A DNA stretch of 64,000 bases. Source: Cyanobacteria bacterium P01_F01_bin.150. GTDB lineage: Bacteria; Cyanobacteriota; Cyanobacteriia; CAKZMO01. Numbering within the stretch: the first letter of the stretch is position 1; each line of letters starts with the position of its first letter. The translations under genes were made by a program, and so were the position numbers. The stretch spans positions 32,001 to 96,000 of the forward strand of contig JBCCYL010000008.1 in assembly GCA_039189765.1 (NCBI GenBank), read 5' to 3'. Below the pieces are notes generated by a model. That model was not told the DNA's origin and ran no database searches. It saw only the letters and a list, made by a program, of their open reading frames with translations. Shown here piece by piece: positions 1 through 17,155 of the stretch.

Positions 1-54
1 TTCAGTTATAAGCCAAAAGACAGAAGCTTCCAAATACTTCTTATATTCAATTCA

Positions 55-801
55 TTATGATCTTTGACCAAAATTGCATTCTCCATCTGCGGCCTGATCT
101 AGAAGCCACCAGAGATTCCCTGGGGGTTGGATAAACCTAGACGGAAACATCTTGGAATCAATGGAGCTAGATGAAGGGGCCAGTACATTTTGCAATGCAG
201 TATTTTTATTAGCTCCAGACACTAGAAAAATTGTGGTCTTCGCATGATTCAGCAAAGGAATAGTCAATGTAATCCTTATGCTGTCTTGCTTATTCCCTAC
301 AGTAACCCACCGATCACGCACCTCCAAGGCCGGAGTATTGGGAAACAGAGATGCAGTATGGCCATCATCTCCCATACCTAACAGCACCAGATCTAGGACA
401 GGAAAATGATCGGCCTCAACTTGAAAAAAGTCCTTCAGCTCTTTTTCATAGGCATCGGCCGCGATCGCAGGGTCATCCATTCCCGTGGGCATGGGATGAA
501 TATTATTAGCCGGAATACTGACGTGGTTCAGCCATGCACTACGCGCCATCCTTTCATTACTGTCTGGATGATCTGGCGCAACATAGCGTTCATCTCCCCA
601 AAAAATATGGAGCTTTGACCAATCAATCGATTCTTTAGCCAACGCTTCATACAGTGGCTTTGGTGTACTCCCTCCGGCAAGGGCCATAGTGCAACGACCT
701 TGTGTTGCAATAGAATCTTGAATGATGTCACAGACTATCTGGCGCGATCGCTCCACAATAGCCGCCTTGTCCGACAAGATTTCAATCCTACGACGACTCA
801 T
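55..801 (-). CDS. pgl: 6-phosphogluconolactonase
   Basis: Motifs ALAGGSTP, FWGDERYV, LGMGDDGHTASLFP, RITLT. Start placed at ATG 801 (ORF track opens at 822). Confidence 0.93.
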   Translation of the reverse strand: MSRRRIEILSDKAAIVERSRQIVCDIIQDSIATQGRCTMALAGGSTPKPLYEALAKESIDWSKLHIFWGDERYVAPDHPDSNERMARSAWLNHVSIPANNIHPMPTGMDDPAIAADAYEKELKDFFQVEADHFPVLDLVLLGMGDDGHTASLFPNTPALEVRDRWVTVGNKQDSIRITLTIPLLNHAKTTIFLVSGANKNTALQNVLAPSSSSIDSKMFPSRFIQPPGNLWWLLDQAADGECNFGQRS

Positions 802-1069
802 ATAGAAATAGTCCTCACTCAATATTATTAAAGCTGATCGCGGGTTTCGCCCCTGCTTTAAGCATGTACTCCGTGCCCATACTACATCCTAGATCGACTA
901 CCCGTTCTTGAGACTAACCTTGTTTATAGAAGAGACCACAGAACCAAACGAATCCTTAAGAAATGAAAATTGCAGATTCTTGAGCAACATCTATCGGGAC
1001 AACATCTAGCAGGCGATGGGGTCCCACATGGGTTCGAACGCTCTTTATTTGAATGTTGTTAAGGCAAAG

Positions 1070-1148
1070 GGGGACCAACTTGAGGCAGTAGTGGAGACTC
1101 TTTAAGCCCCCACTACTGTTCATTTTATTTCGGCTTAAAACGAAGCAT
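1070..1148 (+). mobile_element. ~80-bp TIR/hairpin repeat, degenerate copy
   Basis: GGGACCAACTTGAGGC, hairpin CAGTAGTGG..CCACTACTG, then TTTCGGCTTAAAACGAAGC; same layout as copies at 22309 and 34375. A more decayed copy may lie at ~842-903. Confidence 0.65.
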
Positions 1149-1371
1149 ATGAGATGGTAAGAGTGAAATTTTTAAAGAATGTGGGCACTATAAGCAAGTC
1201 TTGCTAATTCCAAGCCTTTTTGCCCAGTTATCTATCCATAAGGTCTACCCATACGGTTTAATGAGCGATGGGTCTGGCTATTCACTTAAATAGGACTATT
1301 CCCAATATTCATTAACTGTCTAACTATCAAGTGACACTACACCAATCTTAGTCGCACTCACTATCAAACCT

Positions 1372-2127
1372 ATGAATGCATTGAACAGTCGTCAACTATC
1401 TCCACTATTAGCGATCGCCTGCCGATCTACCGGAGCCATTATGATTGTGGCAACCCTAGTTAGTATGATTGTCTTACCATTACCCTATGAATTTCAGAAT
1501 CGGGAATGGCTATTGTTCCGCTTTGTCACTCCCATTGTCGACCGGGGTATTATTTCATTACTGGGAATTGTTTTAGTGTTGGGTAGTTGCTGGATTGACT
1601 CCATTACCCGCGATAACCAAACCAATACAGGAAAAACGTCTCCTCTTCCCCTGGTCTCCTTTAGCACTTCGGGCTTTTTTGCAGCCTTATTTGGGATCTT
1701 ACTTATTCTGCATCTTTGGAATCTTTTTCAGTGGCGAACAGAGCAAATTAACTCTGTTGCAGCACAAGCTGCTGAAGCCGAAACCCAGCTTACTCAACAA
1801 GTCGATCAGCAAAAGGAAATGATTAATACTTTGTTGGAAAATACTGGACTACGACAAGAAGCAATTGCCCAGGGGCAAATCCCTGGTGAAGTGGTTGCTT
1901 TACTTGAGCAGCTTGATGATAATCCAGAAAATTTAACGACTTTTGAGGATCAAATTAAAGAGGGTCTGAGCGATCGCCAACAAGAAATTGGACTGAGACG
2001 TCAGCAACTGCAAGAAGAAGTGGCCAATCGAGCTCTTAAGTCCGGTTTGATGACTGGACTTGATAGCTTACTTTTAACCTTCGGATTTGGCTTAGTCGCA
2101 GGTACAGGATTTATTCTCACCAAATAG
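1372..2127 (+). CDS. HpsJ-like membrane protein (3 N-terminal TM helices, coiled coil, C-terminal TM)
   Basis: TM pattern, 'IVDRGIISLLG' motif and Q/E-rich coiled coil recalled for the cyanobacterial HpsJ family; next to a GT2 gene. Confidence 0.65.
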   Translation: MNALNSRQLSPLLAIACRSTGAIMIVATLVSMIVLPLPYEFQNREWLLFRFVTPIVDRGIISLLGIVLVLGSCWIDSITRDNQTNTGKTSPLPLVSFSTSGFFAALFGILLILHLWNLFQWRTEQINSVAAQAAEAETQLTQQVDQQKEMINTLLENTGLRQEAIAQGQIPGEVVALLEQLDDNPENLTTFEDQIKEGLSDRQQEIGLRRQQLQEEVANRALKSGLMTGLDSLLLTFGFGLVAGTGFILTK

Positions 2128-2281
2128 AAACGCGATGGAAGCTGAGGTAACACTCTGCATTATTGGGCCAAGAACATGCCTATTCCCTCTTCCAAGATGA
2201 AGAATATGTTTTTACTCTCGATACATCAGCAGAATCCATCATCATGTTTATTGTCCAACTTTACTGAACTTTTACAGTGCT

Positions 2282-3136
2282 ATGATTTCAGTTTTTATTC
2301 TGACTCATAACGAAGAAATTGAAATTGCTGCCTGTATCGAATCAGCTTTATTATCCGATGACGTAATTGTAGTAGATTCTTTCAGTAGCGATCGCACCAT
2401 AGAAATTGCCCAAAAATATCCCGTTCGCACCGTCCAACATGCATTTGAGAGTCACGGCAAACAACGGACTTGGATGTTAGAGTCCGTTCCGGTGAAGTAC
2501 GACTGGATCTACATCCTAGAAGCCGACGAACGAATGACTGTCGATTTATTCCAGGAATGTATCGAAGTATCTCAAAAGGATGAATATATTGGATATTACG
2601 TGGCTGAACGGGTCATGTTTATGAATCGATGGATTCGCCACAGCACCCAATATCCTCGCTATCAGCTACGTCTGTTTCAGCATGGCCGCGTCTGGTTTAC
2701 GGATTATGGCCACACAGAACGTGAAGTCTGTGATGGCAATACCAGTTTTCTCAAAGAAACCTATCCCCATCACACTTGCGGAAAAGGATTTAGCCGCTGG
2801 ATTGACAAACATAATCGCTACTCCACGGATGAGGCATTTGAAACGCTGCGCCAGCTAGAACAAGGCCATGTTGCTTGGTCTAGTCTACTATGGGGTAAAT
2901 CCGAGGTTGAGCGCCGACGAGCCTTAAAGAATCTATCGTTACGTCTGCCCTGCCGACCCATCGTCCGTTTTATTTACATGTATATCGGATTAAAAGGGTT
3001 TCTGGATGGCCGTGCTGGGTTTACATGGTGCATACTTCAAGCCTTTTACGAGTATTTAATTTTGCTGAAAGTCTGGGAGATTCAGAATACTCTTCCCGCA
3101 GGATCAGCAATATATCATTCGTTAGAAGAAGTATAA
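2282..3136 (+). CDS. Glycosyltransferase family 2
   Basis: ISVFILTHNEE, VVDSFSSDRT, ILEADE (DxD-like), GFLDGRAG. Confidence 0.9.
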   Translation: MISVFILTHNEEIEIAACIESALLSDDVIVVDSFSSDRTIEIAQKYPVRTVQHAFESHGKQRTWMLESVPVKYDWIYILEADERMTVDLFQECIEVSQKDEYIGYYVAERVMFMNRWIRHSTQYPRYQLRLFQHGRVWFTDYGHTEREVCDGNTSFLKETYPHHTCGKGFSRWIDKHNRYSTDEAFETLRQLEQGHVAWSSLLWGKSEVERRRALKNLSLRLPCRPIVRFIYMYIGLKGFLDGRAGFTWCILQAFYEYLILLKVWEIQNTLPAGSAIYHSLEEV

Positions 3137-3466
3137 ATAGCCAAAACAAAGCCCAGTCTCTATTCATAGTCTTGATTCATAGACCAGTCCACTAAAAAAG
3201 GGAAATACTTATCTACGGAGTTTAAATTCACACAATCTTTATTTTCCTGGAACAAAGAGCATCTGCATTTGTCCTGATTATTAAGGTTCCACGTAGAATA
3301 GATGAGGCTATACGGCTTAATAGTGTCACTGCATAGTGAACCATTGACTAGACTCAGTTTGAAAAACGTAATAGAATCCGGTCAGCTACTTCTGAGTACC
3401 TCTCGTCGTAGGATTATGACGCGTTTGCGTTGAGGTGGTCCGCCATTTTTGGAGAGTGAATTGTCT

Positions 3467-4492
3467 GTGAGTTTCTTAAATCGCTTCTCGTTTTCCCGTG
3501 ACATGGGTATCGATCTCGGTACTGCCAATACTCTTGTGTATGTCTCTGGTAAAGGTATTGTCCTGCAAGAGCCTTCTGTAGTAGCGATGGATCAGAATGA
3601 TCGCGTTCCTCTTGCTGTGGGAAAAGATGCCAAGAGCATGCTGGGTCGAACTCCTGGCAATGTCTTAGCGCTTCGCCCATTAAGAGATGGTGTGATTGCC
3701 GATTTTGATACGGCAGAAATCATGCTGAAGCATTTTATTCGTCGCGTCCATGAAGGACGAACTCTAGTCTCTCCCCGTATCGTCATTGGCATACCAAGCG
3801 GTGTTACAGGTGTAGAACGAAGAGCAGTTGAAGATGCGGCTCGTGAAGCAGGGGCCAGGGAGGTTCACCTGATTGATGAACCTGTAGCCGCTGCTATTGG
3901 CGCAGGACTTCCCGTTGCTGAACCCACCGGCAATATGATTATTGATATTGGTGGAGGAACAACTGAGGTGGCAGTCCTGAGCTTACAGGGTACGGTTCTG
4001 AGCGAATCCGTTCGAGTTGCGGGTGATGAACTGAGTGAAGCGATGATCCAGTATATGAAGAAAGTCCATAATTTGGTGATTGGAGAACGAACAGCAGAAG
4101 AGATTAAAATCACCATCGGCTCAGCTTATCCTCAAGATTATGATGACGAAAATACGATGGAGGTCCGTGGACTACATATGCTCTCGGGTCTTCCCCGAAC
4201 CGTCACAGTGAAAGGTGCAGAAATGCGGGAAGCGATGGCTGAGCCACTAGCAGTGATCATTGATGCAGTAAAGCGAACCCTTGAAAGAACACCACCTGAA
4301 TTGGCGGCTGACATTGTTGATCGGGGCATTATGTTAGCAGGGGGTGGGGCTTTACTAAGGGGCCTTGATACTCTGATTAGTCATGAAACAGGGATTGTCG
4401 TCCATATTGCAGCAGATCCCCTAAGCTGTGTTGTTTTAGGAACGGGACGTGTTTTGGAAAACTTCAAGCAGCTAGCCCGTGTCTTCAAATAG
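3467..4492 (+). CDS. mreB: Rod shape-determining protein MreB
   Basis: [32 protein letters not shown]. Start uncertain (GTG 3467 chosen; track opens at 3449). Confidence 0.97.
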   Translation: MSFLNRFSFSRDMGIDLGTANTLVYVSGKGIVLQEPSVVAMDQNDRVPLAVGKDAKSMLGRTPGNVLALRPLRDGVIADFDTAEIMLKHFIRRVHEGRTLVSPRIVIGIPSGVTGVERRAVEDAAREAGAREVHLIDEPVAAAIGAGLPVAEPTGNMIIDIGGGTTEVAVLSLQGTVLSESVRVAGDELSEAMIQYMKKVHNLVIGERTAEEIKITIGSAYPQDYDDENTMEVRGLHMLSGLPRTVTVKGAEMREAMAEPLAVIIDAVKRTLERTPPELAADIVDRGIMLAGGGALLRGLDTLISHETGIVVHIAADPLSCVVLGTGRVLENFKQLARVFK

Positions 4493-4563
4493 ACTACACG
4501 ATTAAAAGGGTAAAACTAAACTTAGATCATTGGGGTTGAAATTTTAGAGACTGAGAAGATTGC

Positions 4564-5304
4564 ATGTATACACTGCGCCGTTGGTGGGAACGATATAGTA
4601 TTCAAACTGCTCTGATTGCGATCGCACTCATTGGAGCTTGGGCTATTCGAGCAACCCACGGTCTTTTTCTAGTTGAGCTGTATTATTGGATTTCCTACCC
4701 GTTTCAGCCTCAAGCGTCTTCAGAGCAAGTTCTTGCCGATGTTCAAGTTGCAGAACTCCAAGATCGTCTTTTAGAGTTAGAGGCCCAGAATCAACAGCTA
4801 CAGACTTTACTGGGATATACTTCCCAACTGCCAGAAGAAACAATTAGTGCTCCTATCATTGGTCGTCCACCCGACCAGTGGTGGCAACAAATTACCCTGG
4901 GTCGCGGGTCAGCTGACGGTGTAACACTTGGATCGGTTGTTTGGGGCATTGGAGGTTTAGTGGGAAGAGTGACAGACGTCACTCCACACACCAGTCGCGT
5001 TCTTCTAATTAGTGATCCGTCCAGTCAAATCGGCGTCACCGTCAGTCGCTCAAGAGCGATGGGATACCTGCGGGGGCAAACAGGCAGTAAAGCAGTTATG
5101 GTATTCTTCGACAAGTTGCCGGACGTCCGTCCTGGAGACGTTATCTCCACATCCAAACTCAGTCAGCTTTTTCCATCAGGGTTACCTATTGGTCGAGTTG
5201 AGTCAATTCAGTTAGATAAATCTCCAGCACCAGAGGTAGTTGTTAAGCTCAGTGCACCCATTAGTTCTTTGGAATGGGTTGTCATTCAAAGCACTCAGAA
5301 ATAG
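4564..5304 (+). CDS. mreC: Rod shape-determining protein MreC
   Basis: N-terminal TM, coiled coil, GLVGRV, FPSGLPIGRV; directly after mreB. Confidence 0.93.
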   Translation: MYTLRRWWERYSIQTALIAIALIGAWAIRATHGLFLVELYYWISYPFQPQASSEQVLADVQVAELQDRLLELEAQNQQLQTLLGYTSQLPEETISAPIIGRPPDQWWQQITLGRGSADGVTLGSVVWGIGGLVGRVTDVTPHTSRVLLISDPSSQIGVTVSRSRAMGYLRGQTGSKAVMVFFDKLPDVRPGDVISTSKLSQLFPSGLPIGRVESIQLDKSPAPEVVVKLSAPISSLEWVVIQSTQK

Positions 5305-5309
5305 AATCC

Positions 5310-5870
5310 ATGCATATTGCTGATTTTCATCCTCGAATTCGAGAGGTTTTTAACTGTTGCGTAACCCTGGGTTCTGTATTGATATGTACTCTTATTTTAT
5401 TGACTCGCTTTCCAGGCATGGAACTGTTAGGTGTGGGGCCAAACTGGTTACTGATTTGGGTCGTCGCATGGAGCTTACAGCGATCGCCGTTTCAAGGAGC
5501 GATCGCAGGAGTTTGTCTGGGGCTGATACAAGATGGGCTGACGGCGCATATGCCGACCCACACGATTAGTCTAGCAATTGCAGGCATTTTGACAGCTCGA
5601 TTGCAGAAGCAAAAGTATATCCAAGAAGATTTTATTTCCGTCGCTATGATTGTCTTCGGCATGGCCGTTGTACTTGAGACCATTATGGCCGTGCAGTTTA
5701 GCATAGGGGTTTTGATGAACCGTCTACCCAGCACCTACTTTATTCTGACGGACACATGGCTATACCACCAACAAGTTGCCTTAAGTTCAGCCATTCTCAG
5801 CAGTTTGTGGGCACCCGTGGTTTACTATCCCTTGAGCCGATGGTGGAAAGCAATTCGAGCTTTAAATTAA
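5310..5870 (+). CDS. mreD: Rod shape-determining protein MreD
   Basis: Hydrophobic protein with PNWLLIWVVAWS and GLIQDGLT; third gene of mreBCD; ATG 5310. Confidence 0.9.
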   Translation: MHIADFHPRIREVFNCCVTLGSVLICTLILLTRFPGMELLGVGPNWLLIWVVAWSLQRSPFQGAIAGVCLGLIQDGLTAHMPTHTISLAIAGILTARLQKQKYIQEDFISVAMIVFGMAVVLETIMAVQFSIGVLMNRLPSTYFILTDTWLYHQQVALSSAILSSLWAPVVYYPLSRWWKAIRALN

Positions 5871-5980
5871 ATGTTCTGAGTTAAGCAATGTGTGACATTT
5901 GAGCAGAGATCATCTGATACGAGATACCTTTCTGAATAAGCCATACTCGTCGAATCATTACTGCTATTGGTGGAAGCATT

Positions 5981-12679
<6,699 letters not shown>

Positions 12680-12819
12680 TCTCAGGCGATTTCTCAAAAT
12701 AAATATACCAACGATGATGGGTTACGCTGTCGCTACAAGCAGCACATTCTTTTTCAGAAATAGCCTCAAAAGATGAACGGTTGCCCCCCAACCCTTTCAA
12801 GGGAGGACATTGCAGAGAA

Positions 12820-14082
12820 TTACTCGGTAAATTTCAACCGATGGCGATGATTCATCACCGATTCCACAATGCCTAAAGATAAAAAGTTCGTTAGCATCGC
12901 CGATCGCCCATAGCTCATCCAGGGCAGAGGAATTCCGGTAATGGGCGCTAAGCCAATCGTCATGCCAATATTCACCAAGACTTGAAAAATAATCATCAGC
13001 AACACGCCAATGGCAAGTAAAGACCCAAAATCGTCTTTAGCATTTTGAGCAATAATCACCAAGCGTAAACATACAACCCAAAATAGAAACAGCACAAGGC
13101 AAGCGCCTGCAAATCCTAACTCTTCGCCAATGGCTGAAAAAATAAAGTCTGTGTGCTGTTCCGGAATAAAGCCAAGCTGAGTTTGAGTGCCCTGGTGTAA
13201 CCCTCTTCCCCAAAGCTGTCCAGCACCAATAGCAATGCGGGATTGAATTAAGTGATAGCCTCCGCCTAGGGGGTCTTTGTCTGGCTCTAAAAACAGAATC
13301 AACCGAGCTTTTTGATAATCTTGGAGCAAGCTCCACAGAAGTTTACCAATACCGCCAGCGAGGAGGTTCATGACTACCATGGCAAAGGTTCCCAACCAGC
13401 GCCACGGCAAGCTGTTCCATGCGATCGCCCCTACTACACCTACCCATAAAAACCATAGGGGCCAGTATAACCCGAACAAAATAGCCGATATTAAAGGGGC
13501 AACCAGCAATGCTAACCAGCCTGGATTAGCATTCGCCCAGTAAAGCATGCCCAGAGTAATCGCCCCAAAGACCAGCGAGGTTCCCAGATCAGGCTGTAGA
13601 AATATCAGTGCCCACGGTAGCATTGTGATGCTCAACACTTTGGCTACGATTGATAGATTCATCGCTTTGCTACGATGTAAGACACCTGCCAGGGTAATAA
13701 TCAAGCCCAATTTAGCAAATTCCGATGGCTGAATATTGAACCCACCAACGGAGATCCATCTCTGTGCACCCAGGGCTTTAGTGCCCACAAATATTACTAG
13801 CAGTAGAGACGCATTGGTGATGCCATAAATAATCCACGTCCATCGCAACAGATTTTCATAGCGCCATCGAGCCAAAGACAGTAGAATACCCACACCTATA
13901 ATGCCTAAAAACCAGTGTTGCCAGGAAAAAAAGACAACATCCTCAGCAATTTCAGTACTGCGAATCATAAATCCACCAATGGTGGTCAAAACAATAACGA
14001 CGACGACCAAGAGCCAATCCAGTTCTTGCCACGGCTGAAAAACGGCCTTCCATTTGACGCGACCGGAAACCTGTTGAACCAT
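12820..14082 (-). CDS. rodA: Rod shape-determining protein RodA (SEDS family)
   Basis: GAQRWI, IQPSEFAK, QPDLGT, IPEQHTDFIFSAIGEELG, GIPLPWMSYG. Confidence 0.93.
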   Translation of the reverse strand: MVQQVSGRVKWKAVFQPWQELDWLLVVVVIVLTTIGGFMIRSTEIAEDVVFFSWQHWFLGIIGVGILLSLARWRYENLLRWTWIIYGITNASLLLVIFVGTKALGAQRWISVGGFNIQPSEFAKLGLIITLAGVLHRSKAMNLSIVAKVLSITMLPWALIFLQPDLGTSLVFGAITLGMLYWANANPGWLALLVAPLISAILFGLYWPLWFLWVGVVGAIAWNSLPWRWLGTFAMVVMNLLAGGIGKLLWSLLQDYQKARLILFLEPDKDPLGGGYHLIQSRIAIGAGQLWGRGLHQGTQTQLGFIPEQHTDFIFSAIGEELGFAGACLVLFLFWVVCLRLVIIAQNAKDDFGSLLAIGVLLMIIFQVLVNIGMTIGLAPITGIPLPWMSYGRSAMLTNFLSLGIVESVMNHRHRLKFTE

Positions 14083-14108
14083 AAATTACACTTCCCCAGA
14101 CTACAAAG

Positions 14109-16811
14109 CTATTGGACATGGGCAACGGTAACACCACTGCCACCATCTGCCTTATCCGCAGGTTCAAAGCGAGACACTTGGGGATGTTGCTTCAGAAAGG
14201 CTTGGACACCTTTGCGCAACTTACCCGTACCATGTCCATGAATAATCCATAATGGCCCTCCAAGGGAAGAGGCGATCGCCCGATCGATCTCAATCTCCGC
14301 ATCTGCGACTCGACTCCCCCTCAAGTCCAAAGTATTACGAGAGGTACGCACGGCGGGCTGACTTGGCTGAGATTCAGGCACAGCTACTTTTTTCTCAGGG
14401 GTCATTTTAGACGCTTTTTCTTTCTCAGGTACCACCGCTTTAATACCCTGCAACGACTCTACATCTTCCAGTGCTACAGTCATTTTCATTAGGCCAAATC
14501 GCACCGACATTTCCCCATCGGCATCGGGCAGAGTCAACACCTCCGCCACCTGATCAATGCGAGGAATCCGGACGCGATCGCCGACCTTAGGCTCATAGCC
14601 CACTTTCTTTTTCTTCTTCGCCTCCATCTTCCGTTTCTGACGTTCGGCGATTCTATCCAAATCATTAGTTGCCTTATGAGCATCCTGGGCAGTCGTGGTA
14701 CCTTGCTGGAGAGTCCGAATCACCTTAGCAATTTCCCCTTTCGCTTGAGAAATAGCATTTTGAACTTCTTTATCCTGCTGCCGTTGGAGAGCTTTTTCAC
14801 GCTTTTTCAGTAAGTTCGCTTTGCGCAAGACCTCATCATGGAGCTGTTCCGCCTGACGCACCAAAACATTGGCCTCCTGTGCCTTCTGTTCCTGTTCCCG
14901 ACGCTGCTCCTCTAATCCGGCAATAACTTCGTTGACATCCTCATTAGACTGCAAACCCACCTGTTGACGAGCCTGGGCAATCACGCTTTCATTTAGCCCC
15001 AACCGACCAGCAATCGATAGTGCGTTGGAGCGCCCTGGAATTCCCCACAATAAACGATAGGTTGGGGACATACTGACATCATCAAATTCTACCGACGCAT
15101 TTTCAAATCGTTCATCCTGATACTTGAGAGATTTCAGCTCACCAAAGTGGGTAGTGGCAATGGAGAGATACGCATGGTCAGCAAGATGTTGGAGAAGGGC
15201 GATCGCCAATGCGCTACCTTCAGTTGGGTCAGTACCCGCACCAACCTCATCGAGAAGAACAAGGGATTTTGGATTTTGGATTTTGGATTTTAGACCTTGG
15301 AGGGTTGTGGAGTTGGAGGGTTGTGGAGTTAAAGAGTTAGCATTTTCCAATAGCTCCTCTGCTCCCCTGCTCCCCTGCTCCCCTGCTCCTCTGCTCCCCT
15401 GCTCCTCCGCTCCCCTGCTCCCCTGCTCCTCTGCTCCTCCGCTTCCTCGCTCCTCTACTCCCCCGCTCCCCTGCTCAGCATCGGGGTCAAGCTCATGCAG
15501 TAACTCAGCCAACTGTTCGTCTTCATCGGCAGGCTTTTCAGCAGAGGATTCGAGAGGCGACGGTTCAAGAGGCTGGAGGGCATCGAGGATGCGACTAATG
15601 CGGCGAATATGCCCAGAAAAAGTCGAAAGGCTTTGCTGAAGAGACTGTTCGTCTCCAATATCTGCTAACACTTGATCAAACCAGGGTAGCTCTACCGGCT
15701 CACGGGCGGGAATAAACAGACCCACTTTGGCCATAAGCGCAGTAATACCCAACGTTTTTAAGGTGACGGTTTTGCCGCCAGTGTTGGGTCCAGTAATCGC
15801 CACTACACGAATCTGAGGCTGAATATTAACATCAATGGGAACGACCTCTGGCCCCTCTTCGTGATGTTGCAGCCATACGAGAAGAGGATGTCGCAATTGT
15901 CGGAGCACCACTCGCTCATTGTCAGACCGTTCTATAAAACGCGGAGGATTGGCCTCTAGCCACAGACTGTAACGAGCACGGGCTGAAGCAAGATCAAGGG
16001 TAGTGCAAATCACCAACAAGCGCTCAATATCCGGAATAACTTCAGCGACTTTTTCAGTAAGCACGGAGCGAATTTTCTCTTCCTGGGCCTGCTCCTGTCG
16101 TAATGCTTGGCGTAGCTGATTACCTAAAGAAATAACCGCTTGAGGCTCCACGTAAAGAGTTGCACCACTGGCGGAGGCATCATGAACAACACCAGGAATC
16201 TTATCTTTTTGAGGCGCTTTAATGGGTAGCACAAAGCGATCGCCCCGCTGAGTCATCACCATTTCTTGCATAGCGCCGCTATGGCGCTGCATAATGCGCT
16301 GAAGACTGGTGCGGATGCGATCGCGCACCTCTTTAACTTTTTGTCGAATTCCACTCAGTTGCGGATTCGCTCGGTCAGTAACTTTGCCCTGATCGTCAAT
16401 ACAGCGATGAATCTCTTTTTCTAGTTCAGGATAAGTCCGTAACTGTGTAACTAGCGATTGGAGTACGGGTACATCTTCTTGGGCATCAATCGTGCGCCGT
16501 AGGCTCCGGGCAGCGGCAAAAGTCGTTGCCACATTCAAGAGCTGATCACCCGATAAAATACCTTTGCGCTCTGCCCGCTCCAGTGGCTCCCAAATATCCT
16601 CCAATCCATCAAACTTAAGTCCCGTTACCAAGGTGGTCTCTAGATAGTACATTTCCTTGGTTTGGATTAAGAGCGATTCACTCTCTGCTTTCGTGGAAGG
16701 AATGACTAGGCGCTGAGCCGCCATCATCCCTAACTTCGTCGCAGCAAACGTGGAAAGCTGCTGACAGAGACGGGACCATTCAAGTAGTTCAAGAGTTTCA
16801 GATTGAATCAA
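14109..16811 (-). CDS. mutS2: MutS2 with C-terminal Smr domain
   Basis: TGPNTGGKT, DIGDEQSLQQSLSTFSGH, LLDEVGAGTDP, Smr motifs LDLRG..IIHGHGTGKL. Carries an ~100-aa repeat-derived insert. Confidence 0.95.
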   Translation of the reverse strand: MIQSETLELLEWSRLCQQLSTFAATKLGMMAAQRLVIPSTKAESESLLIQTKEMYYLETTLVTGLKFDGLEDIWEPLERAERKGILSGDQLLNVATTFAAARSLRRTIDAQEDVPVLQSLVTQLRTYPELEKEIHRCIDDQGKVTDRANPQLSGIRQKVKEVRDRIRTSLQRIMQRHSGAMQEMVMTQRGDRFVLPIKAPQKDKIPGVVHDASASGATLYVEPQAVISLGNQLRQALRQEQAQEEKIRSVLTEKVAEVIPDIERLLVICTTLDLASARARYSLWLEANPPRFIERSDNERVVLRQLRHPLLVWLQHHEEGPEVVPIDVNIQPQIRVVAITGPNTGGKTVTLKTLGITALMAKVGLFIPAREPVELPWFDQVLADIGDEQSLQQSLSTFSGHIRRISRILDALQPLEPSPLESSAEKPADEDEQLAELLHELDPDAEQGSGGVEERGSGGAEEQGSRGAEEQGSRGAGEQGSRGAEELLENANSLTPQPSNSTTLQGLKSKIQNPKSLVLLDEVGAGTDPTEGSALAIALLQHLADHAYLSIATTHFGELKSLKYQDERFENASVEFDDVSMSPTYRLLWGIPGRSNALSIAGRLGLNESVIAQARQQVGLQSNEDVNEVIAGLEEQRREQEQKAQEANVLVRQAEQLHDEVLRKANLLKKREKALQRQQDKEVQNAISQAKGEIAKVIRTLQQGTTTAQDAHKATNDLDRIAERQKRKMEAKKKKKVGYEPKVGDRVRIPRIDQVAEVLTLPDADGEMSVRFGLMKMTVALEDVESLQGIKAVVPEKEKASKMTPEKKVAVPESQPSQPAVRTSRNTLDLRGSRVADAEIEIDRAIASSLGGPLWIIHGHGTGKLRKGVQAFLKQHPQVSRFEPADKADGGSGVTVAHVQ
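15264..15476. repeat. Composite microsatellite inside mutS2: (GGATTTT)x4, ~5 GGAGTTGG-like 8-mers, 15 GCTCCCCT-like 8-mers
   Basis: Read directly: heptamers 15264-15291, 8-mers ~15299-15340, 15 full 8-mers 15353-15472. Confidence 0.92.
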
Positions 16812-16920
16812 CAGACTTACAGTAGAAAACTATGGTGAATTTTACATAATAGATGTAGTCACATTCTGACATAGGTTTACCGTCAAAGCAGCACTACAAT
16901 AGCTTCCCTGAAATCAAGAG

Positions 16921-17001
16921 AGACCATCACTTAAGTTGGGAAAGATTGAACGGGTTTCTGGGGCACTTCGTGCCCCAGAAACCCGCTTTAAAATACAAGC
17001 C
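16921..17001 (-). mobile_element. ~80-bp TIR/hairpin repeat, subtype 2
   Basis: Perfect 16-bp stem CGGGTTTCTGGGGCAC-ttc-GTGCCCCAGAAACCCG next to TTTAAAATACAAGCC; its reverse complement aligns with 17542-17622. Confidence 0.75.
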
Positions 17002-17019
17002 AAAATTACAAATTTTTAA

Positions 17020-17155
17020 AAGGAAATAGCCTGACCCTATAAGCCCCCAAGGGTCAGGCATTTGTTTACTGTAAGGACGCTTTCGTTTAGTACCAAAGAG
17101 CGAAGCAGTATTTTGCCCCCTAACCACTCCACTCTTACAGAATGCGCTCTTGCAG
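17020..17155 (-). ncRNA. Candidate ~130-nt small RNA
   Basis: Minus-strand TACTAT -10-like box (17162-17167), internal CTGTAAG/CTTACAG stem with sub-hairpins, orphan terminator-like hairpin at the 3' end; no convincing ORF. Confidence 0.35.
17029..17059 (-). terminator. Rho-independent terminator-like hairpin
   Basis: 10-bp stem GCCTGACCCT/AGGGTCAGGC followed by T-rich sequence on both strands. Confidence 0.6.

Noticed and set aside
1012..1045. GGTTCGAA T-loop-like motif suggesting a tRNA
   Set aside because: No acceptor, D or anticodon stems could be folded around it.
15263..15576. Intein in MutS2
   Set aside because: No C/S start with HN-C/S/T end and no splicing blocks; the insert is explained by DNA microsatellites.
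15124..15639. 171-aa plus-strand ORF with APLLPCS repeats
   Set aside because: Antisense shadow of the mutS2 repeat array.
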